From Dehalococcoidia bacterium (GTDB lineage Bacteria > Chloroflexota > Dehalococcoidia > Lucifugimonadales > UBA2985), in contig OZ244718.1 of the NCBI GenBank assembly GCA_965218945.1, positions 1,981,700 through 2,045,699 of the forward strand: 64,000 nt of DNA. The letters are read 5' to 3'. The notes beneath the pieces are model-generated. The model did not search any database. It worked only from the letters and a program-made list of their open reading frames with translations, and was not told the origin of the DNA. A program made the position numbers and the translations under genes. Below, in pieces: positions 25,546 to 34,479 of this stretch; the first letter of the stretch is position 1, and every line of letters begins with the position of its first letter.

Positions 25546-26928
25546 ATGGTAAAAGGCAAGGACACGACCAAGGCGAATTTTCTGAACCGCACCCTCTGGA
25601 CGGGTGACAACCTGGACGTTATGCGCGGCCTCAACTCTGAGACCATAGACCTGATATACCTGGACCCTCCCTTCAACTCAAACAAGACCTACTCCGCGCC
25701 CATAGGAAGCAAGGCTGCGGGCGCGGCTTTCAAGGACACCTGGACGCTGGACGACGTAGACCTTGCCTGGCACGGTGAGATTGCGGAGGCCAACCCGGGG
25801 CTGTACAGCGTGATTGAGGCGGCGGGCATAGCGCACGGCAAGGGAATGAAGTCTTACCTGATTATGATGGGAGTCCGCCTTATGGAGATGAGGCGACTCC
25901 TGAAACCAACCGGGAGCCTGTACCTCCATTGCGACCCCACTGCCAGCCACTACCTCAAGTTGGTAATGGACAGCGTTTTTGGTCCCGAGTGCTTTATGAA
26001 CGACGTGACTTGGAAGCGGACCAGCGCCCATAGCGACAGTGGGCGTTTTGGCGCTAACACCGACACAATACTGGTCTATAGCAAAACCGATGCAAAGACT
26101 TGGACACCTCAATTTCTGGCCTATGAGAAAGAGTATGTAGCGCGTTTCCGCCAGAAGGACGAAGATGGGCGCGCCTGGTCAGACTATGACATTACCGCAA
26201 AAGGTTTATCAGGTGGAGGATATGAGTACGAATATAAGGGCGTTTTTGGCTTGTGGCGCGTTCCAGAATCGACAATGCAAAAGCTGGACAGTGAAGGCAA
26301 GCTCCATTTCACGAGAACCGGAGGCATCAGGCTCAAGCGGTATCTGGATGAAATGAAAGGTAGACCCGTGCAGGCTCTATGGGATGATATACCACCTATA
26401 AATTCTCAATCGAAAGAGCGCACGGGCTATCCTACACAGAAGCCCCGCGCATTGCTGGAGCGCATAATCCAAGCCAGCAGCAATGAGGATGACGTTATCC
26501 TGGACCCCTTCTGCGGGTGCGCCACTGCCCTTGTGGCGTCTGAATACCTGAACCGGCAGTGGATAGGCATAGACCTGTCACCCAGGGCCAGAGACCTTAT
26601 CCGGGAGCGTATGGAGAAAGAGCTTGGCCTGTTCAGCCTCAGGGCCATCTACCGGGAGGACGTGCCCAGGCGCACAGACTTGGGGGAGATACCCAACTAC
26701 AAGACGCAGAAGCATACCCTGTTCGGCCAGCAGGAGGGGATATGCGCGGGCTGCCTGGTATCCTTCCCCTTCCGCAATTTCGCCATTGACCACAAAATAG
26801 CGAAGGCAAAGGGCGGGACAGACCATCTGGAGAACCTGCAACTGCTTTGCCCCGCCTGCAACTCCAAGAAGGGAACCAAGACCCAAGAGGAATTCATTGC
26901 CCAGTTGAAGGCGGACGGGGTAAGGTAG
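25546..26928 (+). CDS. Beta-class N6/N4 DNA methyltransferase fused to a C-terminal HNH endonuclease domain
   Basis: Motif IV DPPF (LIYLDPPFNS) precedes motif I (ILDPFCGCATA). C-terminal CAGC...AIDHKIAKAKGGTDHLENLQLLCPACNSKKG is a classical HNH. Confidence 0.85.
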   Translation: MVKGKDTTKANFLNRTLWTGDNLDVMRGLNSETIDLIYLDPPFNSNKTYSAPIGSKAAGAAFKDTWTLDDVDLAWHGEIAEANPGLYSVIEAAGIAHGKGMKSYLIMMGVRLMEMRRLLKPTGSLYLHCDPTASHYLKLVMDSVFGPECFMNDVTWKRTSAHSDSGRFGANTDTILVYSKTDAKTWTPQFLAYEKEYVARFRQKDEDGRAWSDYDITAKGLSGGGYEYEYKGVFGLWRVPESTMQKLDSEGKLHFTRTGGIRLKRYLDEMKGRPVQALWDDIPPINSQSKERTGYPTQKPRALLERIIQASSNEDDVILDPFCGCATALVASEYLNRQWIGIDLSPRARDLIRERMEKELGLFSLRAIYREDVPRRTDLGEIPNYKTQKHTLFGQQEGICAGCLVSFPFRNFAIDHKIAKAKGGTDHLENLQLLCPACNSKKGTKTQEEFIAQLKADGVR

Positions 26929-26973
26929 AATAGGTACACGCTGGAAAACGCTTAACACACTAAGAGGGTCTAA

Positions 26974-28392
26974 ATGCAGCTTTCGCAATCCATAGAAGCA
27001 AGCGGGGTCTTTTGGCTACCAGACAAACCCGAGGACAAAATGCATGGTAAAGTTTCTATCTCCGAAAAAGGAGAAGTGTCCGCGGATATGTTCTGCTATC
27101 CCGGTCCTACTGAAGAATACCTCCTCGAATTGGAGGAGAGGCAAGGAAGGGAAGAAGTGGGAAGGAGACCGCTACCACTACGCATTTTAGGGGTAACTTA
27201 CGAGGGAATCGCTGTGACTCTCGATGATTGTCTATTCCTTGAGGCTAGCCGACCAGTAAGAATATTGCAAGCCTCATTGCCCCCAAAATGGCAAGATAAA
27301 TTGAACCACACACCCGACAAGTACAGGTTGCATGTTTCGCGGGCGTTCTGGGGAGCACATGTCAATACCGAGGAAGAGATTTTCTCAAGTATGACCTTCT
27401 CGATCGAGGGTCTCGAAAATTGGTTATGGTTTTATAGCAGTGAAAATTCTGGCGATGCGATTTCGTCTTTAATTACCCTAGTCGATGGGCAATTGCCAGA
27501 CGACTTCACTATGCACTTGTACTTAGCTGGTTACGGTAGACGTCATGGATTCGGCGTGGAAGAGAAAGGCTTATGCCCTCGTTTTGGTATAGCATCAAGT
27601 CGGAAACGCTCATTCATTGATTTTAGTCGAGTATTGAGGCGGGTAAGAGCGTTCCTCTGCCTTGCTTTTAACTGTACCCCTTCTTTTAAGTCCATCATCG
27701 GGTCACTGGAACTAGACGATCACGACAGTGTGGGGGTCTACGGCATTGATTTAGACGGTAAACTTCCAAAACTATCCGAGCATGAGCCATTCTTGGGTGG
27801 AGGCCTCATCACATTTAAAGAAGCGCGACACAACTTCACAGAGCTTTTGACCAAATGGCTAAAATCTTATGAGGAACCCCAATACAATGTCGCTTTCTAC
27901 TGGTACTTTCAGACTGCCCCGGCTCTGGAGATGCCTTTGGATGCAGCCTTCTCGGTCCTCATGCAATGTGTAGAAGGGTTGCATCGAGCGACCTACTCCG
28001 GCATGAAGGATGAGGACGCGGAACGACACAAGAATGACCTTGATCTCCATTTGAAAGACGCTGACAAAGAGTTGAGGGCCTGGGTAAAGGAAAAACTGGC
28101 TCATGCAACAGAACTTACCCTATCGCAGAGAATGAAGACGATGATGCCAGAGAACTTCGAAAGACTGTTTGATGACCAAGGTGAAAAATTTGTCAAAGAA
28201 GCCGTATCCATTCGTAACGCTTTCGCCCATCCTGAAGGTAGGAGACTTGAAGCGGCGACCAACGATACAGAGAATCTAGTACGACTATACCGCGACTTGG
28301 AAACTTTTGTGACGATTTTTTTGTTGGAGACGCTTTTGGGAATCAAGTGTGACCAGCACAAGATAGACATAATCAAACGAGGAAGAGAGTAA
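26974..28392 (+). CDS. ApeA-like abortive-infection protein (ApeA N-terminal domain + HEPN)
   Basis: 472 aa, clearly AT-richer than flanks. N-terminus SGVFWLPDKPEDKMHGKVSISEKGEVSADMF resembles ApeA_NTD1. The C-terminal helical domain carries the Rx4H HEPN motif (SIRNAFAHPEG). Confidence 0.6.
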   Translation: MQLSQSIEASGVFWLPDKPEDKMHGKVSISEKGEVSADMFCYPGPTEEYLLELEERQGREEVGRRPLPLRILGVTYEGIAVTLDDCLFLEASRPVRILQASLPPKWQDKLNHTPDKYRLHVSRAFWGAHVNTEEEIFSSMTFSIEGLENWLWFYSSENSGDAISSLITLVDGQLPDDFTMHLYLAGYGRRHGFGVEEKGLCPRFGIASSRKRSFIDFSRVLRRVRAFLCLAFNCTPSFKSIIGSLELDDHDSVGVYGIDLDGKLPKLSEHEPFLGGGLITFKEARHNFTELLTKWLKSYEEPQYNVAFYWYFQTAPALEMPLDAAFSVLMQCVEGLHRATYSGMKDEDAERHKNDLDLHLKDADKELRAWVKEKLAHATELTLSQRMKTMMPENFERLFDDQGEKFVKEAVSIRNAFAHPEGRRLEAATNDTENLVRLYRDLETFVTIFLLETLLGIKCDQHKIDIIKRGRE

Positions 28393-28616
28393 TGCTAGGC
28401 CCTGACCTCGCGATAGAACCCCTATCAGCGTCAAGACGCCGGGCGCGTAGGCTGAGGACTCCGGCGGCCAATTGCCAGCCTCACGGCTCCACGCACAGAG
28501 GCGCAGGCCCGCGCCTCAAATTGACCCTTGCCCCTTCATAGGGTAGACTACCTTTGAGCCGTAGCCAGGCTTGGGTCAGGCCGCGAGCAATTGGATATAA
28601 CCGAAGGAGGATTGAA

Positions 28617-29462
28617 ATGCCAGAGCTAGAGCAGGTCCCCTACCTACTGTACGAAAAAGAGGATAATGGCATCCTCTGGATCAAATTCAACAGGCCGGAG
28701 AGGTTGAACGCCGTCATCGGCGGCTCCGACCGTAACGGCACACTGACCAAGGTTGTTGAGTACATGAAGGCCGGAGACGACGACCCGGACGTGCGGGTCA
28801 TTGTCCTCACCGGCATGGGGCGGGCCTTCTGCGCGGGCGTGGACATCAGGGGTCTTGAGGACTTCGACAGCGGCGGACCTTTCCTGGGCCAGGCGCGCAC
28901 GGATGGCCCGGACGCCACACGGGAGGGCTTCTACCACGCCACGACCAAGACTATGAAGGACATCTCCTACATAAGGAAGCCCACCATCGCTATGGTCAAC
29001 GGAGCGGCAGCCGGCTTCGGCATGGACATGGCCCTGCAGTGCGACATCCGCTACGGCTGCGAGAACACCCGCTTCATCACCTACCAGCAGGTCGGCCAGA
29101 TCATAGAGAACGGCGGATGCTACTACCTGCCCAAGCTGGCCGGTCTGGGTCGCGCCCTGGAGTTCGCCTTCACCGGCTTCCTGGACGCCGAGACTGCGCA
29201 TGAGTGGGGCGTTTTGAACAGGCTCTTCCCCTCCGAGAAGCTGGAGGAGGAGGTGCGGGCCCTGTGCCAGCGGATAATCAACAGCCCGCCGCTGACCCAG
29301 TGGATAAACAAGCGCGTCATCAGGGCAGCTATAGACAGCAACCTGGAGACCACCGCCGTCCTGACCTCCAACGCAGCCGTTATTCTGGGCCTGTCCGAGG
29401 ACTCCAAGGAAGCCCGCCAGGCGCTGACCGAGAGACGGACGCCAGTTTTCCAGGGCCGGTAG
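28617..29462 (+). CDS. Enoyl-CoA hydratase/isomerase (crotonase) family protein
   Basis: ILWIKFNRPERLNAV, VIVLTGMGRAFCAGVDI oxyanion-hole region, AMVNGAAAGFGMDMAL. ATG at 28617 follows GGAGGA. Confidence 0.88.
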   Translation: MPELEQVPYLLYEKEDNGILWIKFNRPERLNAVIGGSDRNGTLTKVVEYMKAGDDDPDVRVIVLTGMGRAFCAGVDIRGLEDFDSGGPFLGQARTDGPDATREGFYHATTKTMKDISYIRKPTIAMVNGAAAGFGMDMALQCDIRYGCENTRFITYQQVGQIIENGGCYYLPKLAGLGRALEFAFTGFLDAETAHEWGVLNRLFPSEKLEEEVRALCQRIINSPPLTQWINKRVIRAAIDSNLETTAVLTSNAAVILGLSEDSKEARQALTERRTPVFQGR

Positions 29463-29494
29463 GCGCCGGCTTTGCAAGAGTTTAGAGGGGAGGC

Positions 29495-30643
29495 GTGTTC
29501 CAAATGAGGCCTCGAAGAGTTTCCAAAGCCATCCAGGTTGGCGATGTCACCGTAGGAGGCAATGCGCCCATTACGGTCCAGTCCATGACCAAGACGGACA
29601 CCCGGGACGTGGACGCGACGGTGCGCCAGATTAAGGAGCTGGAGGAGGTGGGGTGTGACATCATACGGCCTGCCGTTCCCGATATGGAGGCGGCTCACGC
29701 CCTGCGAGAGATAGTGAAGCAGGTCAAGATACCGGTCATCGCCGATATCCACTTTCACTACCAGTTGGCTTTGGAGTCCATCGCGGCGGGCGTTGACGGA
29801 CTTCGCCTGAATCCCGGCAACATCCGGGATAGGGAGAAGGTGGAGATGGTTGTGCGCGCCGCCAAAGAGAGGCAGATTCCCATACGCATTGGGGTCAACT
29901 TTGGCAGCCTCCCCCCGGTTGGACAGATAGGGAAGTTCCGCGGGCTGCACAGGCACGCGGACGGCGTGAACAAGCTGGCAAAGGCGGGAGAGGCCGGCGA
30001 GGGCGAGTTCTCCGTCGTGGATCACATGGTGGCCACTGCCCTCTGGGAGATAAGCGTCCTGGAAGACCTGGACTTTGACCTAATCAAGATCTCCCTCAAA
30101 GCCTTTGACGTGCCCACCACGGTGGAGGCGTACCGCAGGCTGGCCTACATGGTTCCGTATCCCCTGCACCTGGGCATCACCGAGGCCGGGACCGCCATGG
30201 CGGGATCGATTCGCAGTTCCGTGGGCCTGGGCTACCTGCTGTACGAGGGCATCGGCGACACCATAAGGGTGTCGCTGAGCGCGGACTCTAAGGAGGAGAT
30301 AGCGGCCGGGTACGAGATCCTGAAGTCCTTGAATTTGAGGGAGAAGGGCACGACCCTTGTGGCCTGTCCCTCCTGCGGCCGCGCCGACGTGGACGTCATC
30401 AAGCTGGCCAACACGGTTGACGACCTGCTGAAGGCCAAGAACTACAACGTGAAGGTGGCCGTGATGGGCTGCGAGGTGAACGGCCCGGGCGAGGCCAAGG
30501 ACGCCGACGTGGGCATAGCCGCCGGCGTAGGCCGCGCCATCATCTTCCGCAAGGGGCAAAAATCCCGTGTGGTGGAGGAATCGGAGATGCTCTCCGCCCT
30601 GATGGAAGAGGTGGAGATGGTGGTTGCGGGACAGGAGGCGTAG
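29495..30643 (+). CDS. ispG: 4-hydroxy-3-methylbut-2-en-1-yl diphosphate synthase
   Basis: APITVQSMT, IPVIADIHF, RLNPGNI, C-terminal ACPSCGR...VAVMGCEVNGPGEA Fe-S ligands. Confidence 0.93.
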   Translation: MFQMRPRRVSKAIQVGDVTVGGNAPITVQSMTKTDTRDVDATVRQIKELEEVGCDIIRPAVPDMEAAHALREIVKQVKIPVIADIHFHYQLALESIAAGVDGLRLNPGNIRDREKVEMVVRAAKERQIPIRIGVNFGSLPPVGQIGKFRGLHRHADGVNKLAKAGEAGEGEFSVVDHMVATALWEISVLEDLDFDLIKISLKAFDVPTTVEAYRRLAYMVPYPLHLGITEAGTAMAGSIRSSVGLGYLLYEGIGDTIRVSLSADSKEEIAAGYEILKSLNLREKGTTLVACPSCGRADVDVIKLANTVDDLLKAKNYNVKVAVMGCEVNGPGEAKDADVGIAAGVGRAIIFRKGQKSRVVEESEMLSALMEEVEMVVAGQEA

Positions 30644-30667
30644 CAGCCGCCCTCGGGTGCGGATAGC

Positions 30668-31309
30668 ATGGCTCTCGATGTCGAAAATCACCTCGACGCG
30701 GTAGAGCGGTCCGTGTCGTTACCGGAGCGCGATGGACAACCCGCTCGCTCTGTCACTCTCACACGTAGCTACGCGACGATGGTTGAGGACTTATGGGACG
30801 CCGTGACGAACAGTGAGCGTATTCCGCGCTGGTTTCTGCCGGTCAGCGGTGAGCTTGAATACGGCGGCCGCTATCAGTTGGAAGGCAACGCCGGCGGCGA
30901 AATCACGGCGTGCGAACCACTATCACACTTTGCGCTAACGTGGGAGTTCGGTGAGGACGTCAGCTGGGTTGAGGCGCGTTTCTCGGAGAATGGAGCCGGC
31001 AGCGCCCGGCTTACACTCACGCACACCGCGTACCTCTCGGAACACTGGGGAGAGTACGGGCCGGGCGCAGTAGGCGTCGGTTGGGAGTTGGGCCTGATGG
31101 GACTCGCAATACATATCGAGCAGCCGGCTGAGCCAATGCCGGATGAAGTCGATTTCGCCACTTCACCGGACGGCAAGGCGTTCATCTCAGGTAGCAGCGA
31201 GGCGTGGGCGCAAGCGGCGATCGATGTCGGAGCGGAACCAGACGCCGCGCGTGCGGCTGCAAGGCGCACGACCGAGTTCTACACCGGTGAATCGGCCGAG
31301 CCAGCCTGA
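30668..31309 (+). CDS. SRPBCC/AHSA1-like family protein
   Basis: 213 aa; VEDLWDAVTNSERIPRWF...GG.I.ACEP...TW pattern of Aha1/SRPBCC-fold proteins. Confidence 0.65.
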   Translation: MALDVENHLDAVERSVSLPERDGQPARSVTLTRSYATMVEDLWDAVTNSERIPRWFLPVSGELEYGGRYQLEGNAGGEITACEPLSHFALTWEFGEDVSWVEARFSENGAGSARLTLTHTAYLSEHWGEYGPGAVGVGWELGLMGLAIHIEQPAEPMPDEVDFATSPDGKAFISGSSEAWAQAAIDVGAEPDAARAAARRTTEFYTGESAEPA

Positions 31310-31431
31310 TGCGTGGGCGCTGTTCCATTCGCTCCTATCTCAATCTTCCCCCCCTGATGAGACCTTTGAATAGGGAATTATATACCTGTGTAACACCGAG
31401 AGTCGCTTGCAAAGTTGGTGCAATGGAAGTT

Positions 31432-31445
31432 TGCAAAGCTTTGCA
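31432..31445. promoter_or_regulatory. Perfect 14-bp palindrome TGCAAAGCTTTGCA with an upstream TTGCAAAG half-site (operator candidate)
   Basis: TGCAAAGCTTTGCA is self-complementary. TTGCAAAGTTGGTGCAA at 31407..31423 repeats the half-site. Located in AT-rich DNA about 100 nt upstream of ORF 31545. Confidence 0.3.
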
Positions 31446-31544
31446 CCAGGCTATACAATAGTGTTATCACCATAACATTTAGGCATGGTTAGGAGGTTGA
31501 CTATGCTGGAGCAAGACGGGGAACAGCGAGGCAGTCCTAGGTAG

Positions 31545-31907
31545 GTGCAGTTCTCTACACTGCATACCGGCTGGCACATGATTGTCGTCAGCCTGCAATG
31601 TGTTGTTTTCCTAGGGATTGTGTTATGGCGCGAGGTAGACCTTGTTGACACAGATACTTGGATCGACACTACGGTAGCAACTGGACGTGGCTTTGAACCA
31701 TTCATATTCATTGCATTGTTCAATTCTTTGCTAATAGTGGAAGGGGGCTCAATGCTTGCTGAAATCTTCAAACAGGCACGATTTGAGAAGGGGAAAGCAG
31801 AAGGCTTCAAAGAAGGTTACAAGAAGGCTAAGGAGGAACTGGCACAAGAGCAATCTAACAATAATCCGCCAGCCCAACAACCTTCAGAGGAATCACCTAA
31901 GCAATAA
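31545..31907 (+). CDS. Hypothetical membrane protein with Lys/Glu-rich tail
   Basis: 120 aa; two hydrophobic segments then a KAEGFKEGYKKAKEEL tail; low-GC context; no family recognised. Confidence 0.35.
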   Translation: MQFSTLHTGWHMIVVSLQCVVFLGIVLWREVDLVDTDTWIDTTVATGRGFEPFIFIALFNSLLIVEGGSMLAEIFKQARFEKGKAEGFKEGYKKAKEELAQEQSNNNPPAQQPSEESPKQ

Positions 31908-32244
31908 GGCTCTTGTATTGGAGACTCTTGCCTACCGACCCTTGAGCCATGCTTGTCATCTGGTCGGTTGTGTCCAGTGGTCGCACGTTGTGCCTTCCCG
32001 AAAGCTCGCCCACGTACAGCCCCAGATGCTTGGTACTGACGTGGTGATAGGCTCCGTCAATCCCGCGCTTGAGCATTGCCCATAGACTCTCTATCCCGTT
32101 GGTGTGGGCTTGCTGGCGCACATACTCTCCAGCACTATGCCGAACAACCATGTGAAGACGGTTATCTATGCCCGCATAGGCTGGATGTTCATCAGTGTAG
32201 ACGGCAGAACCAGGGTCGGTGTGCTCTAGGACAAAGCCTTGCAA
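31897..32244 (-). pseudogene. IS1595-family (ISXO2-like) transposase, C-terminal fragment only
   Basis: 115 aa: VYTDEHPAYAGI...HSAGEYVRQQAHTNGIESLWAMLKRGIDGAYHHVSTKHLGLYVGELSGRHN matches the IS1595 DDE C-terminal region. The N-terminal two-thirds are missing. Confidence 0.75.
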
Positions 32245-32278
32245 TGTGGGCTTGTCTAGGGTTAACAGTCTTGTTCTC

Positions 32279-34363
32279 TTATAAGGACAGGATGGTCAGA
32301 GGTCCCGTATCGGCGGCGGAGTCCAACTGAGCGGCCAGCGCCTCCGGTTCCGTCACCGGCTGCTGGCAGGCGTAGTTCTGGCAAACGTAGGCGGTTGGGA
32401 GGCCGGCCAGCATACCCTTGTCTTCCAGCAGAGGCAGTTCCTGCTCAAAGCCGTCGGCATCCGGGTCGTAGCCCGCCACTATCTTGTTGGGCAGGTAGCG
32501 TCCGTGCACCGTATCAAGCAGCGCCTTCGCGGCCGCGTCCTCGGTTGGACCCACAATGGCTATCTCCTTTGGCGCGGCCAGGTAGAAGTCCAGCGCGCCC
32601 AGCCAGTGCCCGAACCCCTCCGGGACTTGGGCCATGTACTCCCGCACCGACCTGAGGGCCGAGGCGGCCTTTCGGCCGAAGTCGGGTTCGTCCATGAAGA
32701 GGCTTAGCCGCAGTAGCACGTCCGAAGCGACGGAGCTCCCGCAGGGCATGGCGTTGTCGCTGAAGTCCCTGGGGCGGACTATCAGCGTCTCATGATCGAT
32801 GCCCGTGTCGTAGAACACGCCGTCTCCGTCGTCCCAGAACAGCTCTATCATCTGCCGGGCCAGGGCGTCGGCCTCGCTGAGCCAGCGCGAATCAAAGGTC
32901 GCCTCGTACAGAGTAATGAGGCCGTCTATCAGGTGGGCGTAGTCCTCCAGGTATGCCTTGAGCTTGGCCTCGCCGTCCTTGTAGGTGCGAAGCAGCCGCC
33001 CGTCGTCTCTCATGTTGGCCAGGATGAAGTCGGCGTTGGCGACCGCCGCACGCAGGTAGTCCTCCCGATTGAGAACAGCCGCGCCCAGGGCCATGCTGTG
33101 CAGCATCGTGCCGTTCCATGATGTGAGGACTTTGTCGTCCGTCGCCGGCGGGATTCGCTCGACTCTGGCTTCCAGCAGCAGCTTCTTGCCGCGCTCCACG
33201 ACGTCCGCCAGTTCCTCTACCGGGAGGCCCTGTTCATGGGCGAACTCGGCAAGCATTTGAGGCGTGTGCAGAATGTTCTGACCCTCGAAGTTTCCCTCGT
33301 ATGTGACGCCAAAGTACCCTTGAAGTACGGCGGCGTCTCGGGGTCCCAGTATCCTCTCTATCTCGTGCGGCGTCCAGACAAAGAATATGCCCTCCTCGCC
33401 CTCGCTGTCGGCGTCCTGGGACGAGTAGAAGCCTCCCTCCGAGTGGGTCATCTCCCTCAGCACGTAGTCCAGGGTCTCCTGGGCAATGTCTCTGTAAAAG
33501 GGATTGCCGGTAGCCTGGTACGCGTGAAGGTACAGCCGACTGAGAAGGGCGTTGTCGTACAGCATCTTCTCAAAGTGGGGCACCAGCCAGTAGGGGTCTG
33601 TGGAGTAGCGATGGAACCCTCCTCCAAGCTGGTCGTAGATGCCTCCCCGGGCCATGCGCTCCAGAGTGACATCCACCATGTTCAGCGCCTGGGGCTGCTC
33701 GCTGAGGAGGTGGTATCTGAGGAGGAACTCCAGGACCATAGGCTGGGGGAACTTGGGCGCCGTTCCGAATCCCCCGTACTCTGCATCGAACTTATCCCTG
33801 AGGCCGTTATAGGCGGAGGCGAGCACGTCCCTAGTCAGCGGTTCCATGCCTTGAGCCGAGCCGGCCGACCTCTGCATAGCGGTTGTTATCTCTTCAGCCG
33901 ACCGTGCGATGTCGGCGCGTCGGTTCCGGTACGTCTCGGCGAGCGCCATGAGGACTCTGGGGAAGCCGGGCATCCCGTGGCGGTCCTCCGGCGGGAAGTA
34001 GGTGCCGCCGTAGAAAGGCTCGCCTGTGGGTGTCAGGAACATCGACATGGGCCATCCGCCGCGTCCGGTCATGGCCTGCACTGCGCCCATGTAGATGGAG
34101 TCCAGGTCCGGTCGCTCCTCCCTGTCCACCTTTATGTTGACGAAGTGATCGTTCATTATGAGGGCGATCTGGTCGTTCTCGAAGGACTCCCGCTCCATAA
34201 CGTGGCACCAGTGGCACGCCGAGTAGCCGATGCTGAGGAAGATGGGCTTGTCCTCCTCGCGGGCCTTCTGCAGGGCCTCCTCTCCCCAGGGATACCAGTC
34301 CACGGGGTTGTTGGCGTGCTGCACCAGGTAGGGGCTTGTCTCTTTGATAAGTCTATTGGGCAT
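32279..34363 (-). CDS. Thioredoxin-domain protein, DUF255/YyaL (SPATA20-like) family
   Basis: 694 aa; N-terminus [51 protein letters not shown], followed by a six-hairpin glycosidase-like region. Confidence 0.9.
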   Translation of the reverse strand: MPNRLIKETSPYLVQHANNPVDWYPWGEEALQKAREEDKPIFLSIGYSACHWCHVMERESFENDQIALIMNDHFVNIKVDREERPDLDSIYMGAVQAMTGRGGWPMSMFLTPTGEPFYGGTYFPPEDRHGMPGFPRVLMALAETYRNRRADIARSAEEITTAMQRSAGSAQGMEPLTRDVLASAYNGLRDKFDAEYGGFGTAPKFPQPMVLEFLLRYHLLSEQPQALNMVDVTLERMARGGIYDQLGGGFHRYSTDPYWLVPHFEKMLYDNALLSRLYLHAYQATGNPFYRDIAQETLDYVLREMTHSEGGFYSSQDADSEGEEGIFFVWTPHEIERILGPRDAAVLQGYFGVTYEGNFEGQNILHTPQMLAEFAHEQGLPVEELADVVERGKKLLLEARVERIPPATDDKVLTSWNGTMLHSMALGAAVLNREDYLRAAVANADFILANMRDDGRLLRTYKDGEAKLKAYLEDYAHLIDGLITLYEATFDSRWLSEADALARQMIELFWDDGDGVFYDTGIDHETLIVRPRDFSDNAMPCGSSVASDVLLRLSLFMDEPDFGRKAASALRSVREYMAQVPEGFGHWLGALDFYLAAPKEIAIVGPTEDAAAKALLDTVHGRYLPNKIVAGYDPDADGFEQELPLLEDKGMLAGLPTAYVCQNYACQQPVTEPEALAAQLDSAADTGPLTILSL

Positions 34364-34479
34364 ATTCTCTCAGCCTCAGTTGATGGGTGCATTATATGCG
34401 CTTCCTATGGGTTAGGCTACCGATAACGTGGGCGGCGAAAGTGGGCCGCCTTGGGTTCCGAGCACAGTGAGGAGACGGT

